Shown: positions 1 through 10,766 of the stretch, piece by piece
How the letters are laid out: each line of letters begins with the position of its first letter
How positions within the stretch are numbered: the first letter of the stretch is position 1
Assembly (NCBI RefSeq): GCF_006345805.1
Contig: NC_043016.1
Span: 5,580,001 to 5,644,000 of the forward strand
Direction of reading: 5' to 3'
Length of the DNA: 64,000 bases
DNA from: Octopus sinensis
Lineage: Eukaryota
Notes under the pieces: model-generated
The model's input: the letters and a program-made list of their open reading frames with translations, nothing else
Told to the model about the DNA's origin: nothing
Databases searched by the model: none
Program-made: the position numbers and the translations under genes

Positions 1-801
1 CGTTCGGGGCGACGGCGCCGTCGTAGGCGTGCTTCTGGCGCGTCCGCTTCGGTCGTCCGTTCGCACTCCCGACCCTATTCGCCGGTGCGTGCGCGGTCGG
101 GCCGCGGAGCTCTGCTCGCGTCGCCGCCGCGTCGGCCGCCGCCCTGCGCCTGTCTTCGCCCGCATGTGTCGTCCAGTTTCACGCCTGCGCGGCCTCGTCG
201 TCGCGCGGGTCGGTGCTGCGCGCACGGGAGCCACGAGGTTCGAAGACGATCAGATACCGACTGGCGCTCCGCCGGCGTTCGCTTCGATGACCCGGCGGGG
301 AGCCTGCGCGGGAAACCATAGTTGGTTCCGAGGGGAGTATCGTTGCAAAACAGAAATTTGACTCAACACGGGAAAACTCACCCGGTCCGGACACCGGTAG
401 GATTGACAGATGGATAGTTCTTTCTCGATTCGGTGGGTGGTGGTGCATGGCCGTTCTTAGTTGGTGGAGCGATCCGTCTGGTTGATTCCGATAACGAACG
501 AGACTCCGGCCTGCTAACTAGCGCGTCGATTAGTGCTTTTCCGGTAGCGCGGTGACGCCGAAGCCGTCGTCGGTAGCTCCGCGCGCGACCCGGGCTTGCC
601 GTTGCCGCCACTCTCCTTCGCGTCTGGCGCTGCGGCCGCGTCCGGCTGCCGTCTCCCTCGCGGGGCGGTCGCGGCGTGGTTGCGACGTCGGTTGCGGAGC
701 GGCGGCGGTGACCCGGTCGGCTCGGCCCGCGCGAGCCCGGCGGCGGCACGCCATCACGTCCGGGCCAGTCGGTTGGCGAACGCAGCGCTTCTTAGAGGGA
801 C
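1..801 (+). pseudogene. 18S rRNA internal fragment (V4 to V7) with internal deletions
   Basis: Conserved 18S motifs GAGGTTCGAAGACGATCAGATACCG (~233-259), TTTGACTCAACACGGGAAAACTCACC (~357-382), GGTGGTGCATGGCCGTTCTTAGTTGGTGGAGCG, GATAACGAACGAGAC and CTTCTTAGAGGGAC (788-801). GC-rich ~265-nt V7 expansion. Conserved blocks are missing at ~259 and ~356. Confidence 0.93.
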
Positions 802-2127
802 GGTGAAAATGCTAGGAATCTGGTTAGGTCCAGATCTCCAGATAGAGAAGAATTGGAGCGAGGTGGCGAGAAAGGTGGCTTTCCTAACTCAGACCTGGTC
901 TGAGCGGAAGCTGTCCTTGAAAGGGAGGGCGGAGGTTGCAGAGGTGTTTATCGCCTCTGTAATGCCTTGCCCCGATTCGTGGCTGAACAAGCTAGAACGC
1001 ATGCTCTTTCGATTTTTGTGGCGGGGCAGCAGACCTCTTGTAAGGCGCTCTATTTGCTGCCAAAAGCCACTGAAGAGTGGGTTAGGGATGTCGTGGCTAA
1101 AAATGCGCAGACATGCGCTCAGACATAGCCACCTCTGGTTTTACCTGGACGGTGAGCAGGTATGGTCTCCGTTCTTCAAGCTGTTATTTCCACAGTTCAC
1201 TACGTTTACCAAACTGAACACATGGATCAAGTGTAGATCGAGGTTGGGCGTGTGGCATGTAGAGTGCGGGCAACGCCGGTGGCGGGGGTACTACCTCGTT
1301 CTTCTATAGAGGGTTAGTAGAGTTTAAAGTGTGACGATGTCCTGGGAGAAACCCTAGGCTTCGACGAAGATCAACGGGCCAGCCAGTTCCAAAGAACGTT
1401 CTGTCCGGGGCCTATGGATAATTACCAAAAGTCCCTGACCTGGCATTGTTACAGAGGAGCTTTACCGGTTCGAGTTAAGCTCTTTAGACATGGGTGTGCA
1501 CCTTCGCCGGTTTGTGCGAGATGTGAGAGGGACAGTGAAACTGTCCTGCACGCGATTGTGCAATGCCCCAAGGCGACTGAACTCTGGGCTTATGTCGAAC
1601 ACCTGCTGTCGTATTCGAGAAGAGTACAACTGTCGAGCGAATCTGTAATTAAGATCGTTCCACCGACCTCCCTGAATAAGGAGGAGCGAGCCTGTTTTCT
1701 TTCGGTAGTTGTATGGAAGACGAGAGTGAAAGGAATTGCAACAGGCATGTTTATCTCCAGTCTCGAGCTAATCGACTTTTTCGTTTTCCACATGAAACGG
1801 AAAATAAGGCTGGAGAAGAAATGCCTGTCGCAAAGTGTGTTTCGTAACAGATGGAAGTCTATAGGAAATATGTTGCGAGTGAAAGAACCTGTTTAATCGG
1901 GAATGTAGAAAAGGAGAAAGCAAAGTCTTCAGTGTGAGTATGTGGTTTGTAGGGTCAACCGCGTCCTCCGCTTCATTTTTTTGTTAATCACTCATCCTCA
2001 TTTAATTGTATATATTTTAATTGTTTATTCATACGTTTCGTCTCATTCGATACCCTGACCCCAACGTTTGTTTTGTCTGTCCCCGTATTGTCCCCTTTTT
2101 CTCAACCTTATGGTGAATAAAGAAATA
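798..2127 (+). mobile_element. Tx1/L1-clade LINE, 5'-truncated ORF2 3' part plus 3'UTR
   Basis: PVKMLGIW, LSLKGRAEVAEVFIAS, zf-RVT-like CYRGALPVR and CARC...ETVLHAIVQC. Ends AATAAAGAAATA before a CT microsatellite. Confidence 0.9.
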
Positions 2128-2435
2128 CTCTCTCACTCGCTTTCCCTCTCTCTCATTCTCTCACTTTCTCTCACTCTCTCTCTCACCTATTCTCTGTCTC
2201 TCTCTATCTCACTCACTCTCCCTCACTCTCTCTCACCCTCACTCTCTCTCTCCCTCTCTCCCTCACTCTCTCTCACCCTCACTCTCTCTCTCGCTCCCTC
2301 TCTCCCTCACTCTCTCTCTCACTCTCTCTCACTCACTCTCTATCTATCTCATTCTCTCTCTATCTCTCTTACTCTCTCTCTCACTCACTCTCTCTCTTTC
2401 TCTCTCTCACTCTCTCTATCTCCCTCTCTCTCATG
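2128..2435. repeat. (CT)n/(CTCA)n microsatellite
   Basis: Direct reading. Confidence 0.95.
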
Positions 2436-2708
2436 GCTTGACAAGGAACAAACAAGCTCAGTATTATTATTATGACTATTGTTAATATTATTAAAGATTT
2501 ATTTATTAAGTAATGGTTATAGGGCGATCTTTCGGTATAAGTACACACGTGGATTTGTTTACATTTCTGAGGATAACAGAAACACCTTTCTCCCACCTCC
2601 ACCCCTAATCCTGAATAGTAAAGGGAACTAACTCTGTTATGTTTCAGTTCTCTCCCTTGATTATGAAGTTAAGAGAATATACAAATCTGGCGCGATTTAA
2701 ACGTTTAA

Positions 2709-3117
2709 TCTCTTTTACTTTCTTCAGTTATTTGACTGCGGCCATGCTGCAGCAGTGCCTTTATTCGAGCAAATCGACCCCCCCCCCACAGGACTTATTC
2801 TTTGTAGGCCTATCGGTCTCTTTCGCCGCACCGCTAGTGTTATGGGCAACATAAACACCCGCAACAGTTATCAAGCGATGTTTAGGGGAAAAACACAGAT
2901 ATACAAACATATACACACACACACATATATATACATATATACATACATATATACGACGGGCTTCTTTCAGTGTCCGTCTACCAAATCCACTCACAAGGCT
3001 TTGGTCGGCGCCAGGCTATAGTAGAAGACACTTGCCCAATCTTCCACGCAGTGGGACTAGAACCAGAACTCTGCGGTTCGTAAGCAAATTACTTATCACA
3101 CAGCCCCTCCCACGTCT
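2709..3117 (-). mobile_element. tRNA-derived SINE (octopus-type, CORE-like centre)
   Basis: Minus strand has A/B-box-like head, TTGGGCAAGTGTCTTCTACTATAGCC core and AAAAGAG tail. Homologous to the copy at 46048-46463. Confidence 0.85.
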
Positions 3118-3134
3118 ATCAATTTCTTTCACTC

Positions 3135-3700
3135 GCTATATCTTGCCTCCTCTCTCTTTCTCATTGTCTTACTCTCTCTCTCCCACTCTCTTTATCTATC
3201 TATCTATCTCACTGTCTAACGCAGAATATAGACAAACACAAAATGGGGGATCTATCTCTCTCACTCTCACTCTTTCTCACTCTCTCCCTCCCTCTCACAC
3301 TATCACTCTCACTCTTTCACTCTCTCACTCTCTCTCTCTCCATCTTACTCTCTCTCTCCCACTGTCTTTCGCAGAATGTAAACAAACACGAAATGGGGGA
3401 TCTCTCTCTCTCACTCTAATTCTCTCCCTCTCTCTCTCACTATCTCTCTCTCTCTCACTGTCTTACGCAGAATGTAAACAAACACAAACTGCGGGATCTA
3501 TCTATCTCTCTCACTCTCTCTCATTCTCTCCCTCTCTCTCTCACTCTATCTCCGTCACTCTCTCTCTCTCTCACTGTCTTACACAGAATGTAAACAAGCA
3601 CAAAATGGGGCATCTATCTCTCTCACTCTCTCTCTCACCCTCTCCTTCTCTCACTCTCTATCTCACCTCTCTCTCACTCTCACCCCCTCCTTCTCTCCTC
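3135..3700. repeat. CT-rich tract with four copies of a 43-bp unit
   Basis: ACTGTCTTACGCAGAATGTAAACAAACACAAAATGGGGGATCT-like units at 3211, 3361, 3457 and 3573. Confidence 0.9.
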
Positions 3701-4815
3701 CGCAAGATCTAGGGTGCGGAAAGGCAGCTTCGGCGTATGCGGACGACATCGCCGTCATCGTATCCCGAGTCGAGCACCTACAGTGGGTGAGTGAGGCCTT
3801 AAGGGACTACGAAGCGGTGGCAGGAGCGAAAGTCAACCGGGATAAATCTGTCGGCTTGCAACTCGGCTTGCAACGTAGGACGTTGGACGGAAGGACCGGT
3901 GAAAATGCTTGGAATCTGGTTAGGTCCAGATCTCCAGATAGAGAACAGGAGCGAGGTGGCGAAAAAGGTGGCTCTCCTAACTCAGACCTGGTCTGAGCGG
4001 AAGCTGTCCTTGAAAGGGAGGGAGGAGGTTGCAGAGGTGTTTATCGCCTCTGTAATCACTTACCGCCTGACCGTCGTGCCTTGCCCCGATTCGTGGCTGA
4101 ACAAACTGGAACGCATGCTCTTTCGCTTTTTGTGGAGGGGGAGCAGACCTCTTGTAAGGCGCTCAATTTGCTGCCAAAAGCTGCTGAAGGGTGGATTAGG
4201 GATGCCGTGGCTAAAAATGCGCAGACATACACTCAGGTTTAGGCACCTCTGGATTTACCTGGCAGTGTTACAGAAGAGCTGGCCTGGCAGTGTTACAGAA
4301 GAGCTTTACCGGTTCGAGATAAGCTCTTTAGACATGGGTGTGCACTTTCGCCGGTTTGTGCAAGATGTGAGAGGGACAGTGAAACTGTCCTGCACGCGAT
4401 TGTGCAATGCCCCAAGATGACTGAATTCTGGGCTTATGTAGAACACCTGCTGTCGCATTCGAGAAGAGTACAACTGCTGAGCGAATCTGTAATTAAGATA
4501 GTTCCGCCGACCTCCCTGAATATGGCGAAAGAAGTTGTATGGAAGACGAGAGAAAAAGGAATTGCAACAGGCATGTTTATCTCCAGTCTCGAGCTAATTG
4601 ACTTTTTCATTTTCCACATGAAACGGAAAATAAGGATGGAGAAGAAATGCCTGTCGCAAAGTGTGTTTCGTAACAGATGGAAGTATATAGCAAGTATGTT
4701 GCGAGTGAAAGAACCTGTTTAATCGGGAATGTAGAAAAGGAGAAAGCAAAGTCTTCAGTGTGAGTATGTGGTTTGTAGGGTCAACCATGTCTTCCGCTTC
4801 ATTTTTTGTTAATCA
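3701..4815 (+). mobile_element. Tx1/L1-clade LINE fragment (RT YADD to 3'UTR), same family as 798-2127
   Basis: SAYADDI at ~3728-3750. Near-identical to the first copy apart from distinct internal deletions. Confidence 0.9.
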
Positions 4816-5108
4816 GAGCGGACACCGGTGGCGAATGGCAGCAATGCCGCGAAGACGCGACGGCTGCCGAACGTCGTTTTCGAGCCCGACGCCCGGGTGC
4901 GACCTGCGATCGCGGCTTCGGTTGCATGTATTAGCTCTAGAATTGCCACAGTTATCCACTCTCCTCGCGGTGGAAGAATACGGTCCCGAGGATTAGGTCC
5001 GGTTCCTGAGCCATTCGCGGTTTCACCATTCGTTTACGGCATGAACTTACACTTGCATGGCTTAAGCTTTGAGACAAGCATATGACTAATGGTAGGATCA
5101 ACCAGGTA
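4810..5108 (-). pseudogene. 18S rRNA 5' end fragment (~300 nt)
   Basis: Reverse complement begins TACCTGGTTGATCCTACCATTAGTCATATGCTTGTCTCAAAG and contains GGATAACTGTGGCAATTCTAGAGCTAATACATGC. Confidence 0.95.
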
Positions 5109-5482
5109 TCACCAACACAACACGTGAAAACGAAGTGCGGAAGAAGAAGAAGAGGAATCGGCAGCCCGAAAAGAGGCGAGCGGGTAGGGCTCGACCAGTC
5201 GGCAGCCGTTCGTATACGCGTGCGCCTCCTCCTCCTCCAACGGGAGAAGAGGCGAAAACAAACTAGTCAATACGCGAAGAAGCGTTCGCGGAGCAAAAAC
5301 GCTTTGCGATCCTACTGTCGCACACCGGGGCCACTGCGGACGGGCTCCGGTGCGGATTGAATGGAAGCGACTACGGCAGACGAGAGGGGCCTGCTGCAGC
5401 TTTTAGACTCATCCGGCGCCCTATGCGTCGTGCTGCGGTGGTCGCTTCCTTTCGAAACGGTACGACGATATTCGTCGAGGCA
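5109..5482 (-). other. Probable rDNA 5' external transcribed spacer fragment
   Basis: GC-rich non-coding sequence directly upstream of the 18S start on the same strand. Identity is inferred from position only. Confidence 0.7.
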
Positions 5483-5730
5483 GCTAAACCTAATTGACTC
5501 AAATTTGATGGCTCTTTTCAGGGCGTACCACCATTTGTTGTTGATAATGGATCCGGTCAACGCCCTCATTACTAATTGTTTAATCCGCTTCCTGTAGGCT
5601 TCACAGCCCAATAGTGACTTTTTTAGTTTCCAGTAACCGGTACCTCATCTACACATGCTATCTATGTCGAGCGTACAGGTCACTAATTTGTGATGGCTGT
5701 AGCTGACGATATGGTGTTGTGGCAAAATGT
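5483..5730 (-). mobile_element. Tx1-like ORF2 fragment (endonuclease C-terminus/tether)
   Basis: HKLVTCTLD...GYWKL...IINNKWWYALKRAIK, homologous to ~62930-63130. Confidence 0.85.
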
Positions 5731-6399
5731 CTTAACCGAAGTAATCGGAAAGGATTAGATAATTTCTAAATATAATAATAATAACTTATTGCTTATGTTT
5801 ATAATCAAATAAATGAATAAATAGCAAATTCAAAGCAATAAAGAGAAAATATCAAAATACAAACTATATCTGTTCATCCCTTGAGAGAATTTATTTCAAG
5901 CCTTTAAGGTAAAAAAACAACAATAATAATAAACTATTAGGTAAGAATTTAAAAAAATAAAAAATTTTTGACATACCGCATTCCGTTAAATAAACCGGAA
6001 GTAAATATGCACTGAAGCAAGCATATGACATGCTATAGAGGGTAAAGGTAATATTAAGAAAATAAACATTATAAAAGAGGAAATAAAATAAAAAATAAAT
6101 TACAATGAATTTCGTAAAATGCTTTCATACATAGCTGGGATGTAGGGAAAGATATATGTAAAGGCAGCTAAGCGTGAATAAATTTAAACAGGGCATATCT
6201 TGTTTAAATTAGAGCTAATCAAAGTAATGATTTATTTATGTATTTAAGCAGTGAATCAGGAATCATCTCAATATACAATTAACTTGGCACACTTTAGTAC
6301 TAAATAATATGAAATAATAAGACTAATTTTAGTACAATTAATACGAAATATGACAAATGGAGAAATAAGCTTAATTATACAACGGAAATAAAATACTTC

Positions 6400-6584
6400 A
6401 TGTAACCGGGTGTGTATCGGCGATTTTTTTCCTCCGTCTTCCCTTTCTTGGATCTTTCCTTTTCCTATGTTTCTGACGAAGAGCTCTGCTCGAAATGTTA
6501 AATCCTCCTTTTTTCCTTTCCTGAGCGTCCAATAACACTATACTTGTTCCACGTCCTCGCGCTGTTGTGTTTTCATGTTTGGAT

Positions 6585-6590
<6 letters not shown>
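6400..6590 (+). repeat. Penelope-type terminal repeat with minimal hammerhead motif
   Basis: TGTTT-CTGACGA-A-GAGC(TCT)GCTC-GAAA-TGTT-AAAT at 6468-6503. Confidence 0.65.
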
Positions 6591-6630
<40 letters not shown>

Positions 6631-7329
6631 AGTATGTAAGTATGTATGTATGTATGTACGTATGTATGTATGTATGTATATATATATATATATATAAAAG
6701 CACACACATATATATAATGTATATAAAAAGTAATCTCTAGTCATAAAAAAGACTGTGTTACACAGTTAAGGGGAGGTAATATGGGATTTACCAAAAGCTT
6801 TAATTTTCATAAATAATTATAACATATTAAATGACATAACATTCATTTATACAAAGATTATAAAGTATGAAAGTATCAAAGTATAAGTAAATTAAATCAA
6901 ATAAGGCCAAATACAATAAAATAATACAATACAATAAAATAAAAACAGATATCAATTTTAAACCTAGCAAAGAGTTAATATGCTATTTAAAGGGTATATT
7001 AATAATACATTAATACATTACAGGCATAAATGCAAGGTATAATATAATATAATGTAGGAAATATGAAGGAGAAATTTTGTGGAATAAAATATTATTATAA
7101 ATACAGAGTAGGATAAGAGATAATAAAATATGGAATGAAACCAAGTTAAAACCAGTTTATGTGGAAATAAGAACATATATCTGATAAATTTATAATATTG
7201 AGAATTTATTAAAGGTAAATAATTACGTTAATTAACATTAAAAAGAAATAGAGAATGGAGACCATAAAATCATGTAACACACATATATAGACACACACGC
7301 ACGCACACACACACACACACACACACATA

Positions 7330-9532
7330 AACCCCTGGTAAAATTGGGGTGATCATAGAATTTAGATTAAATTTAATATAGTTTATGGGAAAAGGATGAA
7401 TAAGTTAAGATATATATGAATATAAATGTAAGGGCAAATATATATCAATACATAAAGCCGGGGTTAAAAATATGTTGATTTTAAAGAGGAGATTAATGTA
7501 GTAAAGGGGAAAAAAGTTAAATATGTAGTCAAATGGGTTAGACATGGATGAAACTGCAACCGATAAAATAAATAAATAATTAAAATTATATCAGTAAAAA
7601 TTTAGAATACAAGAGTATCTCACCATGAGAATAAAGAATTTTTCATTTAGGCGGAGGTTAGTATTTCCCATTGTAAATCATACTGTATATTCTTATCTTT
7701 TAGCTCCCAAATAAATTTACTCAGACCAGTGGAACCAGATCTACGTCTATTTCTGAGAGGTTAAACGTTTCTTAATCTTATTCTGTGTTGAACCTATATA
7801 ACAATGCTTCATTCCCTGTGCCGTTACTGTACATTCATATAGTACGCTTTTACGCTTCCATGCATTTCTAAGTAAGCAGTTACTTTTAATTCTACAATCA
7901 CAGTTATTAGGTATAAAATTGGCTTCAAGGATATTAGGTGAATGGTCCATGAGTAGATGTATTGCTCTGTAATAGTATTACAGATATTTACATTCCTGTT
8001 AGAATCCTTTCTATATATATTGAATAAGTCCAATTTCCTATTATTTATAGCAGAGATAATAGTAGCCAGATTCTGTGTTAAACTATACCCTATTTTGATA
8101 GTTTTAGTATTAATAATTTCATGATATTTATTGTTAAAATGCTTATTAATAATTGAAAGGATAGATTTTACTAGATTACTCTTAATCTATAACACAAAGG
8201 CAGTATCAACCATATATTATTATTATTAATATTGTTGTTGTTGTTGTTGCTGCTGCTATTGTTGTTGTTGTTGTTACTGCTGCTGCTATTGTTGTTATTG
8301 CTGTTGTTATTAGATGATTCAAGACATACTAGATTAGTGGGGCTATTGTAGTTCGTTTATATCTGATCTATTTTTGTTTCTGATATTATTTTTATTTTTA
8401 TATTTAACTTTATGGTTGTTCACATTTTCCTTTATATTTTTGTCACCAATATCATTTTTGATTTTATAACTTTTATATTTGTTTATGACATTTCTCTTAT
8501 ATCCTCATTCAATGTGAGGTATAATATTCTACAGCTGATATTTAAAATTAAAACGCTTTTATTGATGTTGCCTGATTGCTTTGGGAGTGTATATACTTAA
8601 TATTGGAGTTAGGCTTTTTAAAAGACTCATGGATGCCTGTTACTAAATTAACATTTGCATCTAAGAAGTTTATAGAATTGTGATGGTAAAACCAAATCTC
8701 TTAAAGAGTTTATATAGTCATTTCTTGATTAGTTCCACGCATCTATTGGAGAAGTTTTTTACGATGCATCGTCTCTATATAATCCGCCCCCAATCTCAGG
8801 GAATTCATCATGTAGCATGGAAAGAAGATAGATTACCACTAAGTCTGTTAGCTCGGGTACCCCATAGTTACTTCAAAACTATCAGGGGTATTCTTTCTGG
8901 CCCATAGTTGTCAAATTCTATAATTGACCTGTGCTTACATTTATTTCCTTCATTGTAATGTTTCTATATTTCCTTGCAAATAAACTGGCGCTGTTTAATA
9001 TAGTGGGATTTATAGATGAATAGTAACTTTCCTAGTAACAGAGCCTAACCGGTACAAAGGGCTAAGTTTTATAGCGAATATTATAATCATACATAATTTT
9101 CCTAGCTTCTATATCAATTAATCTAAGTGTATTTTTGCTTACAACCTTATATTTTTTTTTGTAATATCTTTGTGTAGTGAATTATGATGTTTCAGTGCTT
9201 AGGTTGTATGTGTTTTGTGTTTTATCTGAGTGCACAAAATTTCCATCATTAGATCTGAGTTCATGTATAAGGCTCTTAAGTTTACACTGATGTGCACTGT
9301 TCCAAGGAGGGTGTTTTAAATGTCAGGTTTTTAATAGTATTCCACAAGTCTTGTTCAAACTTTTCCAGATAACTATTCGGTAGAGGAGTTGTCTTCGTTT
9401 TAAATATCATTGAATGAGTTTCACTATATGAATTATTTTCAGAGTCTTGTATTTCCTGTTTTTGCCAAAATAAAAAAAACTTCCATCTGAGTCTGTAAAA
9501 CCAGTCCTTTATGAATATATATATATATATAT

Positions 9533-9596
<64 letters not shown>

Positions 9597-9700
9597 TTTA
9601 TTTAAAGCAGTAGAAAATTCAACAAAACCTGTTACTTTGAGTTTCCCGTTGCCGTTCATCGGACAGGTTTTGCTAGAATGGAACCGATATGTCAATTCTA
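7330..9700 (-). mobile_element. Decayed Penelope-like element (RT plus GIY-YIG)
   Basis: CDCRIKSNC...SVLYECTV...YIGSTQNKIKKR (7750-7900), LSKFIWELK (7700-7730), RT FEVTMG motif (~8865-8885). Hammerhead-like motif at the 5' end. Confidence 0.85.
9623..9672 (-). ncRNA. Hammerhead-like motif (core U4>C)
   Basis: CAAAACCTGT-CCGATGA-ACG(GCAA)CGG-GAAA-CT(CAA)AG-TA-ACAGGTTTTG, with a 10-bp stem I. Confidence 0.7.
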
Positions 9701-10012
9701 TCCAGACTATTACAAACGCTACACCTTTAAAAAATGGACTTGTTTGATTGGCCCTTTAGAAATAACGGTCAATTTTTGAGTGATAAACAAAGATGAGCTC
9801 AAATATATATATATATATATATACTACAAAATTAGAGAATGGAGAAACATACTTAAATCAATAAAACATCAACTATCCGATGATACCCAATCAATACTTT
9901 AATACACCATTACATATGAGTAAAGGCATTATATAAAATGAGATATACAGTAATAGTAAAAAGATAAAGAGATATAAGTAAAAAATTTTCAAATATAATA
10001 TGCAATTAAATC

Positions 10013-10128
10013 AAAACTGACAGCTGTTTCGGCAGTGAGGGCAGTCATACCTCATTTAACCTCTAAGCCATAAAGGCAGGTATAAATGAGGCATTAACAA
10101 GGATGCCCCACGGCCTCTTCAGAGAATT
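10013..10128 (-). ncRNA. Type I hammerhead ribozyme motif with extended stem II
   Basis: CT-CTGAAGA-GGC...~77 nt hairpin...GCC-GAAA-CAGCTG-TC-AG, with palindromic stem III ACAGCTGT. Confidence 0.75.
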
Positions 10129-10732
10129 AAATTAAATTTGTTATAATTGTGAAAAATATAATATAACCATATACATATAAATATAAAATTATAAAAATGT
10201 AAAATATAAAAAATATAAAAACTTATACATCATAATGCTACACTTATATAATATAATACTTATTGGTACAATAAAGGAAGGTAAACAGAACAAAATAAAA
10301 CAAAATATATATCAGTGTATATACTAATATTAATAAGTACCGATATTATACATATTTGGCTAATAGTTTTTTAAAAAAAAACTAACACATAGGGAGATGA
10401 AAAATAATAATTAAAACCATGGTTCAGTTCATAAAATTCTAAAGCTATGAAAGTTAATAAAAATTACTATTAATATTAATAATAATAATAATAATAAAAA
10501 AAATAATAATAATAATAATAGATACAGTTAAGTTAGCACCAAGTCCATCCTTTCAAGATCGAAATAACTATGAGTTTAGAAATGCTGATCACTAGGTAAA
10601 GAAAATTTAGATTAATTCGATTGGCTATTGGTTTGAAATTTAAATCACAAAAGAAAATTATACGGTTGGTTAGTCACGGAACGCCAATATTCACACACGC
10701 ATCTACAGATCAATCGCACATACACACATAGT

Positions 10733-10766
<34 letters not shown>

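Noticed and set aside
29-757. GC-rich ORFs over the first 800 bp and over 4760-5360
   Set aside because: They overlap rRNA/ETS sequence; the open frames reflect GC content.
3211-3615. CRISPR-like repeat-spacer look
   Set aside because: Eukaryotic context, spacers are CT microsatellite of variable length, and there are no cas genes.
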